A DNA stretch of 63,640 bases, the filler included, from Intoshia linei (lineage: Eukaryota > Animalia > Orthonectida): the NCBI GenBank assembly GCA_001642005.1. It is 5 parts of 5 records of this genome, joined end to end, with 100 filler letters (N's around TTAATTAATTAA, not from the genome) between each part and the next. Parts side by side here need not be neighbours in the genome. Positions count along the whole stretch, not along the records: positions 1 to 7,483 come from LWCA01001548.1; positions 7,584 to 35,622 come from LWCA01000419.1; 3 more parts are not named here. One strand, given 5' to 3'. The notes below the pieces were generated by a model. The model worked only from the letters and a program-made list of their open reading frames with translations. It was not told where the DNA came from and did no database searches. Shown here in pieces: positions 1 through 11,429 of the stretch. How positions within the stretch are numbered: the first letter of the stretch is position 1; each line of letters starts with the position of its first letter. The position numbers were made by a program, and so were the translations under genes.

Positions 1-1419
1 TCCTCTTCGTTGAAATTAATGCTATCATGTTTTGTTGAGATCAAATTAACAAATCTTATAGGTTTAGGACAATAAGAAGCTAGTGTAATTATTCCTAGAT
101 GGCCGGAAATGGTAGAAAAAACAGACCGGTTTTTTGTAGACACAAATTGAGGCGCTAATTCTCTTTTATTTTTTCTAATGGTACCACATGTTATTTTTTC
201 CCCACAACTGAAACTCCAATGGTATCGATGTAAACCAATTATCCATTGTTACATTGAACCCACTTCCCCAATAAGGTTTCAACATTCGTAGAGTAACATT
301 TATAGGTTCATTTTTGCTTTTATCGTCGTCTTTTCCAAGGTATAATTCCAAATTATAACAGTAAAATGTAGAAAAATCTACATTATATAATTTTAGTACA
401 TATTTGCAAGGCTTCGAAGGTAAATACATTTTAAAACTGCATCTTCCTCTGAATGAGACCATGGTTTCATCCAATGTTAAGTTATTTCCAGGTTCATAGT
501 TGTTTTGGAAATTTTCAACAAAAAGATTAAATAATTCCCTTATTGGTGCAAGTCTGTCTTTCTTTTTTCTTTGTTCTCTAGTGTGTATGTCGTCAAATCC
601 AATACACCTGGACAAAAATAAAAATCTGTTATAAGACATAACGGTTCTAATTGCATCAATACCGCACCCATCACTTTCCCACAGATCAAAAAAATGTGTC
701 CGCGATCCTCTTAAAATTCCGGATATGAAAAGTATTCCAATATAAGCATTCATTTCAATTGAATTTGTCAATTTTGCATCTCTTGGTCGACTATATTTTG
801 AAGAAGTGTCTTCTATTTTGATATTCGTACAGTTTACGATAATTTCCATAATATCAGTAAAAAGTAGTCTAAAAGAATTTTCAATTGAAATATTTGATCG
901 GTCAAAAATTTTATTTGTTGGAGCTGTAGAAAATCTATTTGGGTAGATTTTATTTGTATTCCAAATACTAACACCATCTTTTCCAGTCATGGATATATCA
1001 GGTTCAGGTGCATCACTCTCAGATTCTGTTAAACTTTCAATCAAATATTCACTATCGCATTCTGATCCACTAGAAGTATTAAAATCTTCTTCAATGTCTT
1101 ATTTCATAATCATAATATAAATCAGCGAACAAAAATAATCTAATCTCTAAAAATAGTATTCAATAATCAAATTAAAAAAAACTTACACGTTAGTAATTAT
1201 TATTTATTTGTATTTTGTTTATTTGTAATTACAGTAATATTATACATATTTTCATATTTCATATACATACTTGTCATGTATTATATTTAAGCTCAATTTA
1301 AATCTTAAAAATAATGTGACATTTTAATTATGTATTATAGCTCATGTCAAAATATAATAAGTTAATTTATTTTGATTCATAATAAACGGACAAAAATATC
1401 CTCTACGAGTAGTAAAGGG
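1..1419 (-). mobile_element. piggyBac DNA transposon (decayed PGBD-type transposase plus left terminus) inside a flotillin intron
   Basis: ORF 175..1044 has piggyBac DDD motifs (LTLDETMVSFRGRC, YLPSKPCKY, NVTMDNWFTS). Homology continues past a frameshift towards position 1. The terminus ...GAGTAGTAAAGGG is followed by TTAA at 1420-1423. Confidence 0.93.
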
Positions 1420-1767
1420 TTAAACAAAGGTAATTTTTAGTTTTGACCGTACGATGCAAATTATCTTATTTTCTTCATCGGAAAATACAGATTTAGAATT
1501 TCTATTTTTTAAATTTATGAGACAGACTTCTAAATAAATGGTTACAACAAACACCACACATTTTTAGCTACCTACATTATATAGGTAACGAGTTGTTACT
1601 AACGACTACTCATTTCAAAAATAATTAAATACATCCCATAAAAAGATAAAAACTGATTTTGATAACAATAATGCTAGATAAAATATTTATTTTTTTGTTT
1701 GATTTTGTATCTTATGAATTTAAAAACAAAAATTATTAAATTATTCATGTAAAAGTTTAACATTTAG

Positions 1768-4700
1768 AAAGCACAAGCAAGTTTAGCGGAATCAAAAGAA
1801 TATTTCTCAAATCAAATTGAAATAGCAAAACAAAAATGTAATTTTTTTATCAGTGAAATAAAAATATGATATTTAAACATATTAGGGCAATTTAGCCTTT
1901 ATAAACTGAATTTAATTAGCAAATTTTGAAATTGAAAATTCCAAATACAATAAAATTGTTGAAACTAAAGAAGCCATATCAAAATTATCTTATGACCTTC
2001 AGGTTAATTTATATTATAATACATCTGATATCATGTCATGTATGTCATTGGCATGTTAGTATAATAAAAATAGTATTTGTGTGTTAAAATGCAAGTTTGA
2101 AAAAATACGCATTAATTTAATTTAATTAGTTAAAAATTATATGCTGGAAAAATGACGTGAAAAATTAAATATGCTTTGTTTGTCTGTGTTATCGTTTATT
2201 TCAATAACTACCACTTTTAGAATTTTATTAAGTTCACATTTCTATTACAGTTTTTTCAGGGGTGAAATTAAGATATATTTCAATCTTCCAAATTAACATC
2301 TTACAAGTTGTTGGTCTTAACCCTTTTGTAAGCACCAACTCTCGTCACTTTGGAAAAATTTTTCTAATAATAATTATTTTTTAACTGTTAAAGATGAAAT
2401 AATTATATGATATTATGATAATCAAAGTATTTCGGGTTACCCACTTTTACGAGAAATATTTTTTAGTTTTTTTTGTTTAGTTTCCAATAATTTTTTCCTA
2501 TTCAGGAAAAATATTATTAAAAATGAATCCTTTAAGAGTTAACAATGGTCAATTGTATGATGAATTGTCAGTCGTAATATAATAATGTTTATTAAACATA
2601 ATACATTTTATATGAATAATGACAGTACTGATTTTGTCAATGTTAATAAACTCTTACTATGATAATATCTATGATATGAATAGCCATTGACCAATTATTT
2701 GATTTAATAATGACTACATAAACTTATTATTACTGTATGCAAATAAAATTTACCATAAAACCGCTTTTCAAATGTGTAAATAAAAATTAGGTGTTAATTT
2801 ACCAAAGATCAGAATTAAATACATTAACATACATATCTAAATAAATGTTTGTTTTAAATTTCAATTAATGTTGCAATACAACAGTTTCAGGTTAGTATGT
2901 TGATGAAAATAGTAGATTCAGAGATAATATTTACTTTAACTTTATGCAAATTTTAATACAATTGTAATTTATCAAAATGTAATCCAATAAATGTATGGGA
3001 GAGCAGTTGTTCCCAAAAAAAACAATTTTAGACACCATAGTCAGAGCGGAATCTACCAAGCTTGAGGCCACCAAAATGAAAAATAGGCTCTAAAAAAATG
3101 TCCCCACTAGATGCGTGGTGTCATATATCCCTATAATATATTTTATGATGTTATAGATAAAATAGTTAGTATGTTTAAGAATATAATTTTTTTAATTCTC
3201 AACGTGAAAAAATGAAGCTCTATTTTACAAAAAATTTGTCGATTGTCACAAGGGGTTTCGGCACTACCCCTAGTCGTATTAAAATATTAAAAAATCAATT
3301 ATTTTGTTAGAAATCATATTTTGCATATTTATAAAAAGTAAATCAACTGAATAGATGCCTCCGTAGGGTAGGGTCTTTATGAAATTTTTATAAAATTGGG
3401 TCACATTTTTCCAAATCTAGCATTTAAAATTTAAAACTTCTACTCTGTTTAATTTAAACTGACAATTTACGTCAGTGGAAAGGTGGCTGTGGCTAATAGC
3501 CATTATAAATGTAATTTTAGTAACCTGTTTATATATATGGAATATTATATTGGTTAGTGTTCAGAATTCTAAACTATGAACTTTTTTTAAATCTTCCCCG
3601 AATCTTCACAGTATACAGAACTGACAGTACTATGTATTCACTTTTTCAGTGTTATATTATATTATAAATACTATTACAGTAATTAATTTCATTTCATTAA
3701 ATTGTTAAAGATAGAAAAAGCATTTTATTTCTAGCAATAGTGCCAACTGGCACCAGTATTTTTCAGTATAAAACCATTTCAACAAATAATTGATTTGAAG
3801 GATAAATGTAATGCTAGCATATTTAATGTATGATAACCGAACCTAGCAAGCTCGAGACCACTCAGAAAATAGAAATAGGCCCTCAAAATTTTTTTTACGA
3901 AATATGGGTAGTGTCATACCCCCTGACTTAATCTCTATGACCCTTGATTGAAATTTTAAATACCAAATGGTTTATATTCAAGAAGATAATTTTTTAAAAC
4001 TCAAATTGGAAAAATAAAGCAACCATTTTACAAAAATTTTGTCGAGGCCCCGAAGAGGGATCTCTTGTATTGTAGATTCGACACTGTATGTGTTTTTTCA
4101 AATTCAAATTGAACGATTTTTTCAATTTTAGTTTTTAACATTTGTTAATTTTAATTAATTTGATTAAATTTAATTTTAAACTTTAAAAAAAACAAAAGTA
4201 CCCACTAAAGTAATATAACATTACATTTTTCAAATAATGTTTTTTAAATTGATATTAGATGGCCAAGACCAAGCAAGAGCTTATTGCTGAACAAATGAAT
4301 ATTAAGATTGTAGAGAAAAAACAGGATATACAAATTGCTAAACAGGAAATTTTCAGGAATGAAAACGAGCTAAATTCTACCATTAAACAACCAGCGTTAG
4401 CTCAAATGTACAAGAAAAAATTAATGGCTGAAACCGAAAAAAATATGATGATAAAAAAAGCTGAAGCAGAGGCTGATTCTATTAGAGTAATATTATTCTC
4501 GTAGTTTTATAAAGGGTTGTACTCATACATTAATATATGCATTATTAAAGTTGGTGTGACCTGAATCAGCCAACGATTTCCACCCCTACTTATAATATTG
4601 TCAGTATCTTATTAATATTTTAGATGAGAGCAGTAGCTGAAGCAGAAACAATAAAGGCACAGTCAATATCAGAATCAGAGAATATGACCAGAAGAGCAAA

Positions 4701-5048
4701 AGCATGGGAAGTCTACAAAAAAGAAGGTAAATGTGATGAAATTTTAATTTTTTGGAACCTTGCTCCAAATTCTAACATGTATTACATTTGAATAATATAA
4801 AATGTAGCTCGAGTGGATTTGCTGTTAAAAGTGTTACCTGAAGTATGCTAACAAGTAAAATATATTTAGTTACATGTTATTAGATTGTTGAAAACATAAC
4901 AAAAAACCTGAACGAAACTGACAAAATAATAATGATTTCAAATGGAGACGATAAAATTGGAATAGAAAAAATAACAAATGAAGTAATGACTGTAGTAGAA
5001 GCACTACCCAAAATGGTAGAAAGAATGAGCGGAATAGAATTCATTTAA
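1768..5048 (+). CDS. FLOT1: Flotillin-1, 3' exons (approx. 1768-1837, 1920-2002, 4259-4486, 4624-4727, 4808-4842, 4884-5048); 5' part lies upstream of the window
   Basis: The spliced translation ...LSYDLQ|MAKTKQELIAEQMNIKIVEKKQDIQIAKQEI...AEAEADSIR|MRAVAEAE...|IVENITKNL...IGIEKITNEVMTVVEALPKMVERMSGIEFI* matches the flotillin coiled-coil and C-terminus. Introns are GT-AG. Confidence 0.9.
3042..3266 (+). mobile_element. Non-autonomous MITE family (CAGAGCCGAA...TTCGGCTCTG-like termini); further copies at approx. 3836-4086, 14449-14680 (-), 14903-15162, 51784-51988
   Basis: The copies share the blocks CTACCAAGCTCGAGACCAC, AAAATAGGCC and TTTTACAAAAATTTGTC and have short terminal inverted repeats. 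Confidence 0.7.
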
Positions 5049-5121
5049 TCTTTGAGATTTATTTAGTAAATTCATTATTACAATAGTGCTGGTTTACATA
5101 TGTTTTTCGGAAAATAATTGC

Positions 5122-5940
5122 TCAACAGCAATTGCTTTGTACGGATGTGGGTTTATTGATATTTATCTTTGATTTTGGGGTGGAAGAAGATGTTGGAATT
5201 TTTCTAGCTAAAATTTAAAATGTACTGTTTACTTTTATTTATAAGCCAAACCTATATTCGCGAAAATTTCTGTAACATTATGATTTGATTTGGATGACGT
5301 TTCCATAAATATAAGGTTTTCCTCTTGGGCATATTTTAATGCTTCCTAATTGTTTATAATTTTGCAATAAAGTAATATATACCTCTTTGCTGACTTCTCG
5401 TTCATCTACGAGATCATTCTTGTTACCACATAGGGCAATGACGATGTCGGTGGAGGCTTGCTTGTGTAGTTCCTGGATCCAAACTTTGGCACGATAAAAT
5501 GTGTTCTAAAATGTTTACGTTATAAAATTATGTAAATTTCTAAATACATGTACTCAAATTTTTTATAATTTTACAATAGAATAATAAATACCTCTTTGCT
5601 TATGTCATAAACCACTATTGCAGCTTGTGCTCCTCTATAATACATGGGTGCCAATGTATGGTATCGTTCTTGTCCTGCCGTGTCCCAAATCTCCTAATAA
5701 TTTATATTCATTTTTCACGAAACTAGCGCATTTTAAAAATATTACATATTTGATGGGTCTATTATCTACAGTTGCAGTTTTCATAAAAAATGCTGCTCCA
5801 ATAGTACTTTCTTGATATTCTTGATAAGTTCCTTTGTCAAATCTGATTACCAAGCTTGATTTACCAACAGACGAATCACCCAAAAGTACCAATTTAAAGT
5901 GTAATTCTTTTTTTGTTTCATTTATTAAAGCATCAGACAT
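5122..5940 (-). CDS. RAB5: Rab5-family small GTPase, 5 exons
   Basis: [14 protein letters not shown], effector [42 protein letters not shown] and ETSSK motifs, ending in the prenylation motif ...SNCC*. The ORF track frames read through introns. Confidence 0.95.
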
Positions 5941-6782
5941 TCTTTGAATATTTTTACGAATGATTAACAATATATTTTGTTCTTATTCAAAATAAATAAA
6001 TTTATCATTTCTCTGTTGTTAAGCCAATAAAGTTAATATATTCAGAATTGTAGCCTAGTAGAACTAGGCTAGTTGTTTCAATTTGTTTATTGACGTCCTA
6101 GAAATGCGAGATTCAATCCAGCAAAGTTTGTGAAAGTTGTCAACTGATATTTCATTTTACAAATTATCAAAATGTTTCCATCTTTTGTGTCTTTAAACAG
6201 TAACAATACATTAAATCAGTGGCGACTCTCCTACTCATGCTGAGCATGATTTTTCAGAAATTTATAAATTAATTTTAATAAAGATGATACATGTATATTA
6301 AAACTTAAAAAAATTTAACCAATACTGAATTAAAATAGATTAATATTTATGATGAATTTAAATATAATATATATATTGTCTGGTTTTATTTAGTTTGTCC
6401 ATTTATATTTGTCATTGTTTTTCGTTAATTATATTAATCATTTTATTTCAGTAATATGGAAGTGAGGCTCGATATGCATGCAGACTGATAATATGTAAAA
6501 TTATATTGTTTAAAGTTCAATATAAAACTTAAATTTTTAACTAAAAAATAATCTAAAATTTAGATTCTAAATATATAATATATGTAACCAAATGAATTAT
6601 AATATTACGCTAGTTATTGACTTAATGTTTAAAAATAAACATCACCTATTATATAGTATTTTAAAGTTATTAATTGAATTCCGCTTAATGTTTTTTGAGA
6701 ATTGAGAATTTTTAATAACGGCAAATTATTTTTTACATATCAAAGCATACCCTCTGCCTATGTGCTTTTTTTAAACAGTTTA

Positions 6783-7483
6783 AAAACTGTTATTCACGAT
6801 CATAAATATTAAGATCACGTCAAAATAGCTTTCTTTAATATATAAAACAGGCGCTATTTTGAAAACACAAAAGGAGAAATACAACCGTTTAATTGTCATT
6901 CGTACGAATCCGAAAATAAAAAATTTAAGTTCAGTCTTTATGAACTACTCAAAAACCATCAATATAACGGTGGAGAATATACATCAAGTTCATCACCTTC
7001 GACAGTTGGCTATGTAAACATACAAAGTAAACTGGATAATTTTAAAAACAGTTTTAAATCATTATTTAAATGTGTAGGTGCCGATCTTTTAACAAGGTTC
7101 CCAACACGACATGAAATTATAACAGCGGGTAAAGATTGTTTTTTACAAAATCACGCCCTTAACGATGAATTACCATTATAAATTAACAATAACAATTACC
7201 ACGACTTTGAATCCAAATTTCCAATATTTTCTAAGAAGAATTTTATTTTAGACGCTAAACTGTTTTTTAAACTTTCGGAAGAAGAGGTAGAAATATTGAA
7301 AAATCAATTCACCGAATTCAACATAGAAATCAACCCAAACTCTCCAACCAATTCGCATGATATGGCTCGAAATGTGGTATGTTTGATGCGCAAAAGTATT
7401 GATATAGTCATATCAAAGAATGAATGCTTAAAAAGTATTACAGAGATAGCTGCTTATGGTCCAATCAATACGAACAACAATCG
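6783..7483 (+). pseudogene. Putative endogenous RNA virus fragment: alphavirus-supergroup (virga/nege/endorna-like) replicase N-terminus with start of the capping methyltransferase
   Basis: A single frame of about 230 codons with few stops. The segment KLSEEEVEILKNQFTEFNIEINPNSPTNSHDMARNVVCL...ITEIAA resembles the Vmethyltransf N-terminal pattern (LS.EE...L..FPEF.I......H..A..R; DIGG). Truncated by the assembly gap. Confidence 0.55.
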
Positions 7484-7582
7484 NNNNNNNNNNNNNNNNN
7501 NNNNNNNNNNNNNNNNNNNNNNNNNNNTTAATTAATTAANNNNNNNNNNNNNNNNNNNNNNNNNNNNNNNNNNNNNNNNNNN
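7484..7582. other. Assembly gap with TTAATTAATTAA spacer (also approx. 35623-35722, 56469-56568, 61096-61194)
   Basis: The same N-run/TTAATTAATTAA/N-run structure occurs four times. Confidence 0.97.
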
Positions 7583-8095
7583 NTTATGAAAAAAATCCAC
7601 TTCATCAAACCACAAATAAAAAATTTAATTTTCCAGTCCTTAATGGAAAAATATCCTTTTTCACGTACTTTTTTTTAAAAACCTCTTATTCCAACCACAA
7701 ATTACTAACGCTTAATGGAATTATCCTCTTTTTCCAATATTATTTTAAAAAAATATTATAAGTTGTTACGAACTGGAACGCTATCATCAAGATTGTTAAA
7801 ATAAGGAAGCCCTTATGACCGTTCAACCTACGTCAACACAAAATGAAAGAAATTTCTCTACTACTTCTAATTTCGTTACAAAACGTAGAACGCGTTTAAA
7901 TTACAAATCTATCAATATTATCTGTGTTTTGAAACACTTTTTCAACAATTTAAAATAAATAACTTTTTTTCTAATTAAATTTGTAAATTTCATCTAGATT
8001 AGTGTTATTTCATTAATTAAATTTCTTTTTGTTTCTAAAATTTTTAATGTTTCTATATTATATATGAATAAAAATTTTTATTTTTCCCGGGAAAT
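7583..8095 (+). mobile_element. hAT transposon remnant (C-terminal dimerisation domain)
   Basis: Translates to ALMTVQPTSTQNERNFSTTSNFVTKRRTRLNYKSINIICVLKHFF*, with a CCCGGGAAAT subterminal motif. Confidence 0.75.
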
Positions 8096-10189
8096 TTAAT
8101 TTTTAATATTTTTGAAAGTTTATTTTACACATTTGCGATTTATTTTATTAAAAAATATTATTTATTATATTTTATTTATGTTATTAATTTTATTTTATTA
8201 AAATAATTGATAATTATAATGTAATATTTAATATTTTGTTAATAATTAACAATATAAAAAATGTTATTTCAAATATACTCTTAAATATCGAGTAATTAAT
8301 AAATTAACTATTAAAAAATTGTCTTAATAATAATGTATAATTATACACTATAAATTATAATTTATTAATTCTTTTTAGAGATTATTTGTTTTAGATTTTT
8401 ATTTGTTTTAGATTATTTTATTTTATGAAATAAAATATAAGATTCACCCACTGTTGAAAATCCCTGATGTAGATCAATGATTCTGATCTAATTTCCAAAA
8501 ATTCTCGTTACACCATCCACTTGAAAATTAAACCAAAATGTATTTCTAACGGTAATATAAAATCAAATCGTTTTGGGGTTGTTTTTAAGACTTAAATCTC
8601 TTATCTTAATAATTTCGCGTTATCCATGTTGAGTTTGGCTCAATTCGAGCAGTAGTTCCCAAAAAATATACTGTCGACTTCCCTAACAGTATACAAATAT
8701 TTTTAGAGAAGATCAATTAGTACAACATAGTGAATATGTTTATTATATTATTATAACAGTGACTAAAAAAATGTTATCTTTTAATATTAATATTACTGGT
8801 TTTATTTTAATTATAAATCATACTTTAATATACTTGACACCATAATTACTAGGGCCTAGTATACAAACAATTGTAAAGTTATGATCGTTCTTTTTTGTTT
8901 ATATACGTGTTATTGTCTCGTAAGAGTTAATAACACTTAAATTTATTATAATCCAAAATTAATCTGAATTTCAAGAATATATTAATTAAATATCAAATAC
9001 TAAATCAATTTAATGTTAACGATTCTAATTCAATTTTAAAATTTTTTTTAAATCTGCGACCCCTCAGAGTCTGTAGGCCCCTTGGTGGGGCCAAGCCCCC
9101 ATTTGGGAACCACTGAACTAGAGAACCATTTGTTTATTATTTCTATGATGAAAATACTGGCCACATAAATTAACATAAAATTACTGTGTTCTAAGATTTG
9201 TGAACTGCAGGAAGGTTATATGTAAAATAATATTGAGTATATTCGTTAAAAACATTGTAATCACATTAGGTATAACATAATTCTACATAAAATAAGATTA
9301 TATTTTTAATTTATTCTATGAGTACCTGATTTTGTAGATATTTGGTCAAACATGTATATAAAAAATAACACTAAAAAATATATATAAAATAAATACAAAA
9401 CTACAATTTCTGCAGGAATAAATAGTATAATAAAGTCCCCACTAATTCTAAATTTATAAAATATAAATCATGTATTTATATATTTTTATTTACTTTGCAA
9501 TTTTTGGATCTTGGCACATTAAAATTAAAATTTTTTCACTGTGTATATGAAAAATTATAATCATTGAACTAATCATTAAAGCCAATATAATAGCTAAACA
9601 TTTTATTATTTAAAATCATTATTTATTTGTCAGTATAAAATATAAATGTATTATAATTATAATTTTATTATTATAAACTTATTATAATAGGTTTCCACCA
9701 TTTTAGGTAATCTTAATTTTCCACTTACAACTTACACATTAGTTCTGTGTTTGATATATCATTAAAATTTGATGCTAATATCACACCACAAAATGAAAAT
9801 ACTATAACTCATCTAACACCATGTACTTAGGGATACCTGTCAATATAGAGTAGTAGATGTGTAGAACCGTATCACAAGAATCACAAGTAGACTCGATCAG
9901 GTAAAAAATATTAATAATAATTAATAACAATTATTATTATATTATAAAAATTTTTCCCAATATTTTAAAAAAATAAAAGCCATGTTCCAAAATAAAACAA
10001 TTGAGGTTTTCTAGTAATTTTTAACATTATGACATAATTTATGAGTAATTTCATTTACTACCAAAAAATTTATTTTGACATGATTTGAACGTTTTATATT
10101 CGTATTCCTGAGCCATTCTTGTTCTTATAAACGACATCGATGACAATATGGTAACACACACATTACAAAGTATATAAATGAATTTGTGT

Positions 10190-10990
10190 TTTTTAAATTT
10201 CTGATTAATAAAAAATTTTTATTCATATATAATATAGAAGCATTAAAAATTTTAGAAACCTTAATTAATTTTAGAAACAAAAATAAATTTAATTAATGAA
10301 ATAACACGAATCTAGATTGAAATTTACAAATTTAATTAGAAAAAAAATTGATTTATTTTATATTATTGTAAAAGTGTTTCAAAACATACCTAATATTGAT
10401 AGATTCGTAATTTAAACGCGTTCTACGTTTTGTAACAAAATTAGAAGTAGTAGAGAAATTTTTTTAATTTTGTGTTGACGTAGGTTGAACGGTCATAAGG
10501 GCTTCATTTAATTTTAACAATCTTGATGATAGCGTTCCAGTTCGTAATAACTCATAATATTTTTCAAAATAATATTGGAAAAAAAGGATAATTTCCTTAA
10601 ACGTTAGTAATTTGTGGTTGGAATAAGAAGTTTTTAAAAAAAAGTATTGGAAAAAGGATATTTTTCCATTAAGGGCTGGAAAATTAGATTTTTATTTGTG
10701 GTTTGATGAAGTGGATTTTTTTCATAAGATTTCGTAAAATCGGATTTTTGAAAAGAATATCGGTGTAAGTCAATTTTTCCATGAGGGTTTGAAATGGTAA
10801 ATTTTAAATATTATTATTTATAATATAATCATATTTTCATAGTAATAACAAAAATAAATCAAATACAGGTATGTCTCAATTTTTTTCGGGAAATTCCGGG
10901 AAATCGTAAAAGTCACGGGAAATTTAATTCCCGGAGATTATTAAATATCCCGGTAATTTTGTCTCGGTTTTTTTCCCGGCACAATCATTA
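10190..10990 (-). mobile_element. Second, inverted copy of the same hAT remnant including a terminus with CCCGG(G)AAAT repeats
   Basis: 10190-10727 is a close reverse complement of 7583-8080. Clustered CCGGGAAAT motifs at 10888-10982. Confidence 0.75.
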
Positions 10991-11429
10991 GTTGTATGGG
11001 TCGATTCTTTAAAAAATTGAGTATCTGTAATAAGTTGTTTTTGAATTATGAAAAGGAAAATTCAAAAAAATATGTGTGAATTATGGGCTAAGGTTTGATT
11101 CTCAAAAAAGGTTGAGAACTTCTGCTCTACATCAAGCTTTCTTAAACTGGTTATCCGTAAACTCCACAGGTTCGTGGGATAATGGAAACTTTAAGCTAGA
11201 TTCTGTAAAAGTTTCTGAAAAACTTTCGACGAACCCTATTCTAAAAAATCGTTAATTTTACATAAATATTAAGATATTACGGTCTCCTTCTAAAAAAAGT
11301 TATTTAAAAATATGAAAAAGTAAGTTTTTAAAACAGAAATCTCATGTCACATTTTATGAACCGCTGCTTAGAATATTAATATTAATTTTTAGTCTCATTA
11401 TAATATTCTTAATTATATTATAATATTAG

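Noticed and set aside
6051-6071. Perfect 9-bp hairpin TAGCCTAGT-AGA-ACTAGGCTA upstream of Rab5
   Set aside because: A single short palindrome with no supporting evidence of function; it could arise by chance.
7484-7582. TTAATTAATTAA flanked by N runs, repeated four times
   Set aside because: Artificial scaffold spacer with stops in all frames; not biological.
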